Shown here one piece after another: positions 9,348-18,585 of a stretch of 64,000 nucleotides of DNA. The stretch covers positions 28,107 to 92,106 of the forward strand of contig DATCPI010000116.1 in NCBI GenBank assembly GCA_036570165.1. Reading direction: 5' to 3'. The notes below the pieces were generated by a model. The model was not told the DNA's origin, made no database searches, and saw nothing but the letters and a program-made list of their open reading frames with translations. The stretch is from Candidatus Dormiibacterota bacterium (GTDB lineage: Bacteria > Chloroflexota > Dormibacteria > Dormibacterales > Dormibacteraceae). How positions within the stretch are numbered: position 1 is the stretch's first letter; each line of letters opens with the position of its first letter. The translations under genes were made by a program, and so were the position numbers.

Positions 9348-11079
9348 GGCTGGTCGAGGCTTCTTTCAACGCTTCGACAACACCTTCCGGAGTCGACACA
9401 GGCGCCAAGCATATGGTCCCGACGCACACGACAGCTTTTTGATCTCCGCTGGGATCGACCACCGCGTACGGATGCGCGAGAACAGCGGCGCGCGCCAGCT
9501 CAGGGTTGCGCGTGGTCACCTTGATCGCATGACGCGTGCGGTCGAGCGCCCGCGCGAAAGCTGCCGCCATCAGGCCGTACTGCCTCGGCAGCGCCGCCAC
9601 CGATTCGAGGGCGCGACGCGCGCGTGCCAGGTGCGGCGCGTTCGGATCGCCTGCCAGCATGTCGAGCTCGACGAGCGCCATCGCCGCGACCGAGTTCTCG
9701 GCCAGCGGCTTGATCGGCTCGGCCAGGCGGCCGAGCGCGCCGGCGGCGGCATGGTCGAAGTAGCCCCCGGCGTGGGCATCGCCGTAACGCTGGTCGAGGT
9801 GCGCGGCCAGATCCAGCGCCGCCGGCATCCACTGGTCGCCCAGTCCAGCCTGATGGGCGCGAAGCGCGGCCCACAGGCTCCAGACGTGGTCGGTCAACTG
9901 AGCGCCGACTCCCTCGGCATGGCTCATGCCCTCACCGCGTCGATAAGCGGCCTGGAAGAGACGCTCGAGAAGTTTTTTCGCCTGTTCACGAAGCGCGGGC
10001 CGATCCAGGCGCCGGGATGCGTCGAGGTAGGCGATCGCGAGGGCGGCGTTCCACGACGTGTAGACGCGCCTGTCGACGTACGGCGGCGGCGTCTGCGACC
10101 GCTCCTCGCCATCCATGGAGTAGTAGTGCTCGTCCGCGTCCTGGCTGCCGGCGTACAGCCCGGTCTTCGGGTCGCGAAGGACTCGGTCGAGGTAACCGGT
10201 GGTGGAGTCGAGCACCGTATCCATTCCGGCCAAGGCAAGCGCGCCCACGAGGCCGGAGTGGTCCTCCACCATCTTCTCGAAATGCGGGACGCTCCAATCC
10301 TGGGTCGTCGAGTAGCGGAAGAAGCCGCCCTCGACGTGGTCGTACGTGCCGCCTCCCGCCATCTTGTTGAGGGTATGGACGGCCATCTGGCGCAGCTCTG
10401 GGTCGGAGCGGAGCTGCGACTGTTCCAGCAGCAGGAGGATGGCGTCGGTTTGAGGGAATTTGGGCGCGCTGCCGAAGCCCCCGTACTCCGGATCGTAGGC
10501 GGCGGTGGCAGCATCGAGGATCGAATCCACCATCCCGTCGTCGAGCGATCCGGCGCTCCGGGCGACGGCTGAACTCGCGCGCCGCCGCGCCTCGAGGACC
10601 CTGGTCGCGATGTCGGTTTGATTGGTCTTGTAGTAGCCGGCCACGCGGCTGAGCGCGTCGGCCATCTGGTCCGGTGGCAGATAGGTGGCGCCCGTGAGGA
10701 TGTCGCCTGAGGAGGTCAGGAAGGCGGTCGATGGCCAGCCGCCCATGTTGTAGCGCTGGTTGATGTCGGGTCGCACGTCGTTGTCCACACGTACCGCCAC
10801 GTACTCGCGGTTGATCAAATCGATGATTCCCGGATGTGAGTACGTCGTTTCGTCCATGACGTGGCACCAGTGGCACCAGACCGCCGAGATGGAGAGCAGG
10901 ATGGGGCGGCCGGTCTGCTTGGCTTCCTCGAAGGCGCCCTCCGACCAGGGGTGCCAGTTGATCTCCGCCGCGCGGTTCGGCCGGGGCGAAAAGTGGAACT
11001 CTCCGCTCACAAGAGGGGCCGCCGCGAACTCAAGGCGAAGCCTCGGAGTTCGTGGGGATGAGCTTCGGCCACACGACAA
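9340..11079 (-). CDS. Thioredoxin-domain protein of the DUF255/YyaL type (thioredoxin fold + alpha/alpha-barrel-like domain)
   Basis: INWHPWSEGAFEEAKQTGRPILLSISAVWCHWCHVMDETTY is the characteristic N-terminus. Start is uncertain (TTG 11079 or GTG 11010). Overlaps the downstream gene by 8 nt. Confidence 0.85.
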   Translation of the reverse strand: MSCGRSSSPRTPRLRLEFAAAPLVSGEFHFSPRPNRAAEINWHPWSEGAFEEAKQTGRPILLSISAVWCHWCHVMDETTYSHPGIIDLINREYVAVRVDNDVRPDINQRYNMGGWPSTAFLTSSGDILTGATYLPPDQMADALSRVAGYYKTNQTDIATRVLEARRRASSAVARSAGSLDDGMVDSILDAATAAYDPEYGGFGSAPKFPQTDAILLLLEQSQLRSDPELRQMAVHTLNKMAGGGTYDHVEGGFFRYSTTQDWSVPHFEKMVEDHSGLVGALALAGMDTVLDSTTGYLDRVLRDPKTGLYAGSQDADEHYYSMDGEERSQTPPPYVDRRVYTSWNAALAIAYLDASRRLDRPALREQAKKLLERLFQAAYRRGEGMSHAEGVGAQLTDHVWSLWAALRAHQAGLGDQWMPAALDLAAHLDQRYGDAHAGGYFDHAAAGALGRLAEPIKPLAENSVAAMALVELDMLAGDPNAPHLARARRALESVAALPRQYGLMAAAFARALDRTRHAIKVTTRNPELARAAVLAHPYAVVDPSGDQKAVVCVGTICLAPVSTPEGVVEALKEASTSRA

Positions 11080-11105
11080 GGTTACGCGGGTGAAACAATG
11101 GCACT

Positions 11106-12464
11106 GTGATCTCGACGAGCGCGGTCGACGCCTACATCGAGAAGAACTCGCAGCGGTTCGTCGACGAGCTCAAAGAGCTCTGCGCTTTCCCGAGCATCTC
11201 GAACCATGGACGGGAGGCGGTCGAGCCGGCCCGCGTGTGGCTTGCCGATCGTCTTTCTCGTTTCACCGACCGGGTCGAGACGCTGGACGCCGGCGGCATG
11301 CCTGCCCTGTACGCGGAGGTGCCGGGGGCGGGACGGCGCAAACTGCTGCTCTACCAGCACTACGACGTGCAGCCCGTCGATCCGATCGACCTCTGGGCCT
11401 CGCCTCCTTTTGAGCCTGTGGAAGAGGATGGGCGGATCACCGCTCGCGGGGTTGCCGACGACAAGTCCGACGTGATGGCCCGAATCCACGCCCTCGAGAC
11501 ATTGAAGGGCCTTGGTCCCCTGCCGGTGACGCTGCGCTTCCTCGTCGAAGGCGAGGAGGAGATCGGATCGAAGACCTTTGAGAAGATCGCGCACGACCAC
11601 TCGAGCAAGCTCTCGGCCGACGGATGCCTATGGGAATCCGGAACCTCGTTTGACGACGCGGGAAGGCCGACGATCCAGTTCGGATGTCGCGGCCTGCTGT
11701 ACGTGCAGCTGCGCGTGAAGACGCTCGACTTCGACCAGCACTCAGGTTTCGCGTCCATCTATCCGTCGGCGGCCATGTACATGGTCGGCGCGCTGGGGAG
11801 CTTGCGCGACCAGGAGATGAACATCCGGATCGACGGCTTTTACGACAAGGTGGTCAAGCCAACCGAAGGCGATCGCCGGATGATGGCGAAGATCGACCCG
11901 GAGGTCGACAAGCGCAAGAAGCTGGTCGGTTTCGAGCGCCTGGTACGCGATCCGAAGCCGGGCGAGGTGATCGAGCAGATGCTGTTCACCCCGACCTGCA
12001 ACATCGCCGGAGTCACGACGGGTTACCAGGGGCCTGGCTCAAAAACGGTGCTGCCCGCCGAAGCGACCGCGAAGCTGGACTTCCGGCTCATCCCCAACCA
12101 GGATCCCGCCGACGTTCTGTCGCAGCTGCGCAATCACCTCGACTCTCACGGTTTCGAAAAGGTGGAGATCGTGTGGAGCGACGGCGAGAAACCGGCCCGC
12201 TCAGACCCGGATTCGGCCATCGGCAAGACGGTGATCGACTGCGTTCGCGAGCTCCATGGCGAGCCGGTGCTTTGGCCGTTCATGCCGGCCACAGGTCCCA
12301 TGCACCCGGTCGTCGCCGACCTGGGCATCCCGACAGTGCTCCCGGTGGGCGTCGGCCGCCCGGACAACCGGATTCACGCGCCCAACGAGAACATCCGAGC
12401 CGCGGACTACGTCAACACTGTGCGTCTGATGTGCCGGGTTTGGGAACGGTTCGGAGCGGGGTAG
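11106..12464 (+). CDS. M20 family metallopeptidase (dipeptidase / ArgE-DapE-like)
   Basis: LYQHYDVQPVDP, ARGVADDKSD and VEGEEEIGS metal-ligand motifs. GTG start. Confidence 0.85.
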   Translation: MISTSAVDAYIEKNSQRFVDELKELCAFPSISNHGREAVEPARVWLADRLSRFTDRVETLDAGGMPALYAEVPGAGRRKLLLYQHYDVQPVDPIDLWASPPFEPVEEDGRITARGVADDKSDVMARIHALETLKGLGPLPVTLRFLVEGEEEIGSKTFEKIAHDHSSKLSADGCLWESGTSFDDAGRPTIQFGCRGLLYVQLRVKTLDFDQHSGFASIYPSAAMYMVGALGSLRDQEMNIRIDGFYDKVVKPTEGDRRMMAKIDPEVDKRKKLVGFERLVRDPKPGEVIEQMLFTPTCNIAGVTTGYQGPGSKTVLPAEATAKLDFRLIPNQDPADVLSQLRNHLDSHGFEKVEIVWSDGEKPARSDPDSAIGKTVIDCVRELHGEPVLWPFMPATGPMHPVVADLGIPTVLPVGVGRPDNRIHAPNENIRAADYVNTVRLMCRVWERFGAG

Positions 12465-12468
12465 GGGT

Positions 12469-12756
12469 TTGGAGAAGCTCACCGACAAGCTCTTCACTGT
12501 CAAGTACAACGAGGACACCGGGCGTCCCCACATCGAGATCGTCGACCAGGCCGTGTGCACCACCAAGTGCATCGGCAAGTACTGCAACCACTTCTGTCCC
12601 GCTGGCGTATACGAGTGGAACGAGGAGCAGAAGAAGAACCTGGTCAGCTCCGGCAACTGCATCGAGTGCGGCGCCTGCTCGATCGGCTGTCCCTTCGACA
12701 ACATCGAGTGCCATACCCCGCGGGGGGGCTTCGGCGCCCAGTTCAAGTACGGGTAG
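12469..12756 (+). CDS. FixX-type ferredoxin-like protein
   Basis: 95 aa with CIGKYCNHFCPAGVY and CIECGACSIGCP clusters and a ...GGFGAQFKYG end. TTG start 5 nt after the M20 stop. No fixABC/ETF genes in the window. Confidence 0.7.
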   Translation: MEKLTDKLFTVKYNEDTGRPHIEIVDQAVCTTKCIGKYCNHFCPAGVYEWNEEQKKNLVSSGNCIECGACSIGCPFDNIECHTPRGGFGAQFKYG

Positions 12757-12801
12757 CGCGGCGGAATACGGACCCCGCCTGCCCCAATTCAACTTAGTGC
12801 A

Positions 12802-13734
12802 GTGAGCGATCACGATGTCGTCATAGTCGGAGGGGGGCCCGCCGGGCTGGCGGCTGCCCTTTATACCGCCAGGATGGACCTGAAGACGGTGGTGGTCGAC
12901 CGGGGTCCGCTCGGCGGGCAGCTCCTGAACACCGAGCTGATCGAGGACTACCCGGGCTTCGAGTCCATCCTGGGCTCAGAGCTCGCCACCAAGATGGGCG
13001 AGCACGCCCGCAAGTTCGGAGTCGAGGTCCGCGAGTTCGAGCCTGTCAAGGAGATCGACGTCCAGGGCAAGACCCGGGTCGTGCGCCTGGAGTCCGGCGA
13101 GGAGCTGCGCGCGCCGGCGCTGATCATGGCCGCGGGCGGGCTGCCGCGCTACCTGGAGGTTCCTGGCGAGAAGGAGTTCTGGGGTCGGGGTGTGAGCTAC
13201 TGCGCGGTGTGTGATGGCGCGTTCTTCAAGGGCGAGGAGCTGGCGGTCATCGGCGGCGGCGACGCCGCCGTGGAAGAGGGTGAATTTCTCACCCGCTACG
13301 CGTCAAAGGTCTACATCGTCCACCGGCGCAGCCAGCTGCGGGCACAGCCGATCCTGATCGATCGGGCAAAGGCGAATCCGAAGATCGAGTTCATCTTCGA
13401 CGCGCAGGTGAAGGAGATCAAGGGCGACAGCAAGGTGCACGTCGTGCGCTACGAGCAGAACGGCACGATCAAGGAGCTTTCCGTCGGTGGTGTGTTCATC
13501 TTCATCGGTTTCGTGCCGAACTCGGGTCTCTTCAAGGTGCACGTGAATCACGACGACGCCGGCTATATCGTCACCGACCGCAACATGCAGACGTCGGTGG
13601 AAGGCGTCTGGGCTGTAGGCGACGTCCGCTCGCAGCTGACCAAGCAGATCGCGACGGCTGTCGGTGACGGCACGACCGCCGCGGTGGCCGCCTCGATGTA
13701 CGTCACCTCGCTGAAGGACGCTGCCCGAACCTGA
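12802..13734 (+). CDS. trxB: Thioredoxin-disulfide reductase (NADPH type)
   Basis: VVIVGGGPAGLAAA (FAD), redox centre CAVCDG, GGGDAAVEEG and HRRSQLRA (NADPH motifs). Confidence 0.9.
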   Translation: MSDHDVVIVGGGPAGLAAALYTARMDLKTVVVDRGPLGGQLLNTELIEDYPGFESILGSELATKMGEHARKFGVEVREFEPVKEIDVQGKTRVVRLESGEELRAPALIMAAGGLPRYLEVPGEKEFWGRGVSYCAVCDGAFFKGEELAVIGGGDAAVEEGEFLTRYASKVYIVHRRSQLRAQPILIDRAKANPKIEFIFDAQVKEIKGDSKVHVVRYEQNGTIKELSVGGVFIFIGFVPNSGLFKVHVNHDDAGYIVTDRNMQTSVEGVWAVGDVRSQLTKQIATAVGDGTTAAVAASMYVTSLKDAART

Positions 13735-13744
13735 GGCGCGGCCT

Positions 13745-15349
13745 CTAGGGGGTAACGTCGATCCAGACCAGGCCGGGCGGCAAGCTCAGCGCCTGGCCGC
13801 CGTCGAGCGTGAACGTAAGCGGTCCGTGCGCGTCGGTCGAGGTCCAGAATCCCGCGTACTGCATGCCCTTGTAGAAGATGTCGACCCGGCCGCTCGAGTC
13901 GAGGTCGTAGTCATGGATGTGCGCTCCATGTCCGTCGCCAACATTCAGAAGCGACTGTTTTGTGTGCAGGATGATTAGCATCTCGATGCGCAGCGGTTTG
14001 CCAAGACTTGCATCGGAGTATGGGTGCGTCTCTTCGGATTTCTGATAGGTGCCCATGACCGGGTCGTACTTGTAGACGGAGTAGTGCTCGTCGACGTTGA
14101 TGGACGCCACTGAATTGCCTGCGGGCAAGACAGGCCTGGCTTTGGGGATCGTGTAGGCGGGAATCCAGGAGAAGAAGTTGTCCTCGGCAGCTTTGACCGC
14201 AGGACCTTTGATCATCAGGTTGTCGGGTGCGTAGCGCGGTGGTCCGGCGCGGTACTGGTAGCCGATGGTGTCGAAGAACTGCGGAGTCGGGTCCTGTGCC
14301 GCCCGGGCCAGTGTCGCCTGCGACTCTCCGGACTGAAACAGGAGCCCTTTGTAGTGGCGGCCGATTTTCAGGGAGATGAAGCGCGCTGAGCGCATCGGGC
14401 CGATGAGGTCGGGAGCGTTGTCGTAGATCGCCGTCAGGCGTGTTATGCCGCCTTCCGCAACGTACTCGAAGATCATGTCCGCCGCCTGCAGACCGTTCTG
14501 GTCGCGCGCGAACTCGTCGTTCGGGATCTGAATCAGCGCCGGGTATTTCAGCGGGGTCACGTGCTCGCGATCGTGGTAGTAGACGCCGGTCTTGAATATG
14601 AACGTGCCGGGGACAGCGTGGCCCGTCTGGTCGCGTCCGCCCGCTGCGAGCTGAACTTGAAGCGGTCCGGATGGGACGGCGGTGGTAGAGAACGTGGCGC
14701 TCTTGTTGTCGGTGGCCCACTTGAGGTCGATGGGCTGCGTTCCTAGGGTGACCTTGATGGTGCTCGGTTCCATCGTGTCATTGAAATTGAGCCTTAGCGT
14801 GGCTCCCGGGTCGATTTCCGCGCCGTCGGCGAGTGGGGGGTCTGTGGATCCGGGTCCGGTGATCGAAACGACTCGCGGCACGATGAGAGTCGTGAAGCTC
14901 CATGTACTGCCCTGAACTTTGTGGTGGCCTACGTCGAGAATCGGCTTCATGGTCACCGTGTAAGTAGTCAGCTCGCTCAGTCGCTTGGTGGGCGCCCACG
15001 CGTACTGCGTCTGGCCGGCAATTGCGGTGATCGCGCCGTCCGTGGCCGGGCTGATCGAAAAGGCCGCCTCCACGGCGGACTGAGCGACGGGACGGTTGAA
15101 GCTGAGGAGAACCCGACCATCCGCCGGCACGTCCTTCTGGCCATCTTTGAAGTTCGTCGCGAATTTCGTCGGCAGCGTGTTGTCGTAGGCGAGAAATGCG
15201 CCGGCGCCGATGAGGACCACGAGGCAGGTAAGGCCTGTGGCGATCCAGCCGCGACGCGAAAAACGAAGCCGACGGCGCGAGCGGCGCCCGTAGGGCGGGG
15301 CCGTCGGAGATTCGGGCTCGACCTGTGGGAACGACGTGGATATTGACAA
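13745..15349 (-). CDS. Membrane-anchored DUF3048 (YerB-like) protein with Ig-like N-terminal region
   Basis: N-terminal basic stretch plus a TM segment (WIATGLTCLVVLIGAGAFLAY), then a beta-rich region. ITRLTAIYDNAPDLIGPMRSARFISLKIGRHYKGLLFQSGES resembles DUF3048. Confidence 0.65.
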   Translation of the reverse strand: MSISTSFPQVEPESPTAPPYGRRSRRRLRFSRRGWIATGLTCLVVLIGAGAFLAYDNTLPTKFATNFKDGQKDVPADGRVLLSFNRPVAQSAVEAAFSISPATDGAITAIAGQTQYAWAPTKRLSELTTYTVTMKPILDVGHHKVQGSTWSFTTLIVPRVVSITGPGSTDPPLADGAEIDPGATLRLNFNDTMEPSTIKVTLGTQPIDLKWATDNKSATFSTTAVPSGPLQVQLAAGGRDQTGHAVPGTFIFKTGVYYHDREHVTPLKYPALIQIPNDEFARDQNGLQAADMIFEYVAEGGITRLTAIYDNAPDLIGPMRSARFISLKIGRHYKGLLFQSGESQATLARAAQDPTPQFFDTIGYQYRAGPPRYAPDNLMIKGPAVKAAEDNFFSWIPAYTIPKARPVLPAGNSVASINVDEHYSVYKYDPVMGTYQKSEETHPYSDASLGKPLRIEMLIILHTKQSLLNVGDGHGAHIHDYDLDSSGRVDIFYKGMQYAGFWTSTDAHGPLTFTLDGGQALSLPPGLVWIDVTP

Positions 15350-15382
15350 CGAACCGCCGGGGATTATCTCAGATGTCGACCG

Positions 15383-15640
15383 TTATGCCCCGAGGCCGCG
15401 CAGGTACGGGAACGTGTAGATGCCCGTCGCGTGCCCGCTTTCGAATGCGATCTGCACCGCGTACTGGCCGACGAGAGTCACATCCTTGATGCGCAGCTCG
15501 TCCGGGCTCAGCGCCTTGACCCTCGCGAGCCGCCCCGGTGCGCCGCCCTCGCCGCGACATTCGGCGCAGGGACAAGCCCATCGCAGCTGCTCACCGGAGT
15601 ACGTGCTTCGCTTTCCGTCCTCCCAGACGATCTCCATCAT
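15383..15640 (-). CDS. DUF971 family protein
   Basis: Only the last 85 aa of the 263-aa ORF look genuine. MMEIVWEDGKRSTYSGEQLRWACPCAECRGE...VQIAFESGHATGIYTFPYL is the DUF971 pattern, and the upstream part overlaps the Mrp gene. It sits immediately downstream of the Mrp gene, which I recall as a common arrangement. Confidence 0.65.
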   Translation of the reverse strand: MMEIVWEDGKRSTYSGEQLRWACPCAECRGEGGAPGRLARVKALSPDELRIKDVTLVGQYAVQIAFESGHATGIYTFPYLRGLGA

Positions 15641-15705
15641 CTGGCGTGCGCGGTCGACGTCGACGTTGACCGGAAACGGATCGGGATCTTGCAGCGGCGT
15701 GGCGC

Positions 15706-16791
15706 CTAGTGGACGTTGATGACCGGCAGCTGGCGAAACGATTGGATCGACGTGCGGGCGGCAACCTGTGAGGCGATGTGCTCGAACGCTTTTGCACCGG
15801 CGGAGTCCGGCCGCGAGATCACCACAGGGATGCCTTTGTCCGCGTCGGCGCGGATGTCGTCTTCGAGAGGAATCGCCCCGAGGAACGGCACGCCTAATCG
15901 CTTGGCTGATGCCTCCGCTCCGCCGTGACCGAAGATCTCGTGCCGGTGTCCGCACTCCGAGCAGATGTACCAGCTCATGTTCTCGATGAGACCGAGCGGT
16001 GGGACGTTCAACTTCCTGAACATTTGTAGCGCCTTGACCGCGATGTCGGTGGCGACGTCCTGCGGTGTGCAGACGATGGCGACGCCTGTCAGCGGAACAG
16101 CCTGAGCCAGCGTCAGCGAAGCGTCGCCGGTGCCGGGAGGTAGGTCGATCACGAGGTAGTCGAGGCGGCCCCAATCGACCTGGACCATCATCGCTTCGAT
16201 TGCCTTGCCGACCATCGGGCCGCGATAGATGGTGGGTTGCTCGCCGGGATAGATGTGGCCGAACGACATCAGCTTCAGCCCATGAGCTTCGATGGGCTGC
16301 AGCCGGCCATTGACCTGCTCGGGCACCGACCTGGAGCCGGTCATCGCCGGGACCGAAGGTCCGTAGATGTCCGCGTCGAGCAGGCCGACCTCCGCACCGC
16401 TCTTGCGCAACGCCGCGGCGACGTTGACCGCGACTGTCGACTTGCCGACGCCGCCTTTGCCCGACGCGACGGCGATCGTCTGCTTCACGCCCGGCAGAAT
16501 CTCGGACGGCTTCGGCCGCATGAACGACTGCCGAACGTTGGCCGTCATGCGCACTTCGACGCCGGTCACGCCGGGGATGTCGCCCACGAGGTCTTGCGCC
16601 TGGGTCTTGAACCGATCGCGAACCGGGCAGGCGGGGGTGGTGAGCTCGAACGTGAAGCTGACCTTGCCGTGCGGGCTGACCTCGAGCTCTTTGATCATGC
16701 CGAGCGTCACCACGTCGCGGCCCAGGTCGGGGTCCTGGATGTGACCCAGCACTTCGAGGACCTGCTGCGAGGAGGGGACGGCCATCGTCAC
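15706..16791 (-). CDS. Mrp/NBP35 (ApbC-type) Fe-S cluster carrier ATPase
   Basis: DUF59-like N-terminus (VLEVLGHIQDPDLGRDVVTLGMI), deviant Walker A ASGKGGVGKST, and CSECGH. Confidence 0.9.
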   Translation of the reverse strand: MTMAVPSSQQVLEVLGHIQDPDLGRDVVTLGMIKELEVSPHGKVSFTFELTTPACPVRDRFKTQAQDLVGDIPGVTGVEVRMTANVRQSFMRPKPSEILPGVKQTIAVASGKGGVGKSTVAVNVAAALRKSGAEVGLLDADIYGPSVPAMTGSRSVPEQVNGRLQPIEAHGLKLMSFGHIYPGEQPTIYRGPMVGKAIEAMMVQVDWGRLDYLVIDLPPGTGDASLTLAQAVPLTGVAIVCTPQDVATDIAVKALQMFRKLNVPPLGLIENMSWYICSECGHRHEIFGHGGAEASAKRLGVPFLGAIPLEDDIRADADKGIPVVISRPDSAGAKAFEHIASQVAARTSIQSFRQLPVINVH

Positions 16792-16887
16792 GGCATGTTA
16801 CCGGGACCCTTACCCGCCCATTTGAGCCGACCCGTCAGACGTGCAGAATTTCGTGCCGGACGACCCTGGCTGCTAATTTCGCAGGAG

Positions 16888-17508
16888 ATGACAGGTCGCG
16901 CCGCGCTGCTCACTCTTCAGGCTTCGTGTCGCGGCTGTCACGTCTGCGTCGACGAGGGCATCATCCCCGAGGCGAACCCAACCTTCGAGGGGCGGTGGGG
17001 CGCGCCGTTCTTTCTTGTCGGCCAGGCTCCGGGTCCTGTCGAGCGGGAATCGCGACGGCCGTTTTCGGGGCGGGCCGGCAAAGAGCTCGATCGATGGATG
17101 GTGCGCGCGGGGTTCCAAAGCGCCGAAGAGTTCCGGCGGCTCACTTACATCGCAGCGCTCATGCGCTGCTTCCCTGGTCGCAATCGTGCCGGAAACGGCG
17201 ACCTCAAGCCGCCGCCGGCGGCGGTCGCCAATTGCGCGCATTGGCTCGAGTCCGAGCTGGGTCTCTTGAAACCAAAGGTGCTGCTCCTTGTCGGACAGCT
17301 GGCAATCAACCGATTCCTCGGACCAGGCCGGCTCGAAGATCGGGTGGGCAAAAAATTTGGCGACCGGCCGGTCATGGTTCCGCTGCCTCATCCCTCGGGT
17401 CAAAGCCGCTGGCTCAACGATCCGGCCAACCGCGAACGGCTTGCTTCTGCTCTCGCGATCGTCGGCGAGCTCCGTTCGACCCTTGCGCCAAAGCGTCCAA
17501 CCAGTTGA
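16888..17508 (+). CDS. Uracil-DNA glycosylase superfamily protein (family 4/5-like)
   Basis: CRGCHVC..., FLVGQAPGPVE...RPFSGRAGKEL (motif A-like) and VPLPHPSGQS (motif B). The upstream part of the 423-aa ORF is antisense to mrp. Confidence 0.75.
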   Translation: MTGRAALLTLQASCRGCHVCVDEGIIPEANPTFEGRWGAPFFLVGQAPGPVERESRRPFSGRAGKELDRWMVRAGFQSAEEFRRLTYIAALMRCFPGRNRAGNGDLKPPPAAVANCAHWLESELGLLKPKVLLLVGQLAINRFLGPGRLEDRVGKKFGDRPVMVPLPHPSGQSRWLNDPANRERLASALAIVGELRSTLAPKRPTS

Positions 17509-17530
17509 AATTAAGCGAAGTCCGAAAACG

Positions 17531-17866
17531 ATGAAAAAGAAATCCGCGATCAAGTACGTGCTCGTTTACTACGGAGGTGGCATGCCCGCGGGAGCTACCG
17601 CGCAGGCCCGCGCTTTGAAGCAGTGGGCAAGCTGGTACGAGAAGCTTGGCGACGCCATCGTCGATGGCGGCCACGCATTTTCTGGGGCGGTCAGCAAGAT
17701 CAAGCCGGGCAACATCGTCGCCAAGGGTCCGATCGGCCAGCGCGCGTCGGGCTACAGCATCGTCGAGGCGCCATCGCTCGAGGCGGCGACGAAGATGGCC
17801 AAGGGTTGCCCAATCCTGAGAAGTGGAGGTCAGGTCGCGGTCTACGAAACCTTCGAAGCGATTTGA
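17531..17866 (+). CDS. YCII-related / dimeric alpha-beta-barrel superfamily protein
   Basis: 111 aa. KYVLVYYGGG...WASWYEKLGDAIVDGGHAF...GYSIVEAPSLEAATKMAKGCPILRSGGQVAVYE fits the YCII-like pattern. ATG at 17531. Confidence 0.5.
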   Translation: MKKKSAIKYVLVYYGGGMPAGATAQARALKQWASWYEKLGDAIVDGGHAFSGAVSKIKPGNIVAKGPIGQRASGYSIVEAPSLEAATKMAKGCPILRSGGQVAVYETFEAI

Positions 17867-17883
17867 TCCTGCTCAAGTAACCG

Positions 17884-18552
17884 TTGCCGGCATTTTTTGC
17901 GCGACGTGAGGGCGATCGGGCGGTAATCGAGGGCGGCGATGCTCGCCACCTCGCGCGCTCCTTGCGCGCCAGGGTGGGCGAGGAGATCGAGGTGATCGAC
18001 CAGGCCGGTTACATGCTCACGGTCCGCCTCGAATCCGTTTCGCTCGAACGCGTCGAGGGTGTCGTCATCTCGGAACGACCCCACCAGCCAGAGCCGGCCG
18101 CCAGGATCACGATCGCGATCGCCAACCTGCCGGCGCCTGCCCTCGAGCTGGTGCTGTCCCGGTGCACGGAGGCCGGCGCCTTCGCCTTCCACGTTTTCCA
18201 GGCCGATCGCAGCGTTGCGCGCGGAGCCAAGGTTGAACGGTGGCAAACCATATGCCGTGAGGCGGCAATGCTGGCGGGCCGGCTGCGTGTGCCGGCGTTA
18301 GGCGCGGCTCTCTCCCTGCAGGAGGTGTTGAAGGTTGTCGAGCACCCGGTGATGCTCGTCCGCGGCGCGCCGCAGGCCCTCGCCGGGATGCCCAGCCCGC
18401 GCGACATCACCCTTCTCGTCGGCCCCGAGGGAGGGTGGACCGACCGAGAGCTCGCCCTTGTCGAAATCAAGGCCGGGCTCGGTCCGCGCAACCTCCGCGC
18501 CGATACCGCCGCTCTCGTGGGACTTGCCGTCGCCCTGGCCGCTCGCGAATAG
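17884..18552 (+). CDS. rsmE: 16S rRNA (uracil1498-N3)-methyltransferase
   Basis: PUA-like N-terminus (FFARREGDRAVIEGGDARHL) and the SPOUT knot motif LLVGPEGGWTDRE. TTG start. Confidence 0.85.
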   Translation: MPAFFARREGDRAVIEGGDARHLARSLRARVGEEIEVIDQAGYMLTVRLESVSLERVEGVVISERPHQPEPAARITIAIANLPAPALELVLSRCTEAGAFAFHVFQADRSVARGAKVERWQTICREAAMLAGRLRVPALGAALSLQEVLKVVEHPVMLVRGAPQALAGMPSPRDITLLVGPEGGWTDRELALVEIKAGLGPRNLRADTAALVGLAVALAARE

Positions 18553-18585
18553 TTCGCTTCCACTGTCGCTTCGGAATGAGATAAG

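Noticed and set aside
8893-10572. 559-aa + strand ORF, with similar long alternative-frame ORFs at 40073-41374, 42346-43494, 38392-39546 and 33093-34256
   Set aside because: All overlap motif-supported genes in another frame or on the other strand, and all have Arg/Pro/Gly-dominated low-complexity translations.
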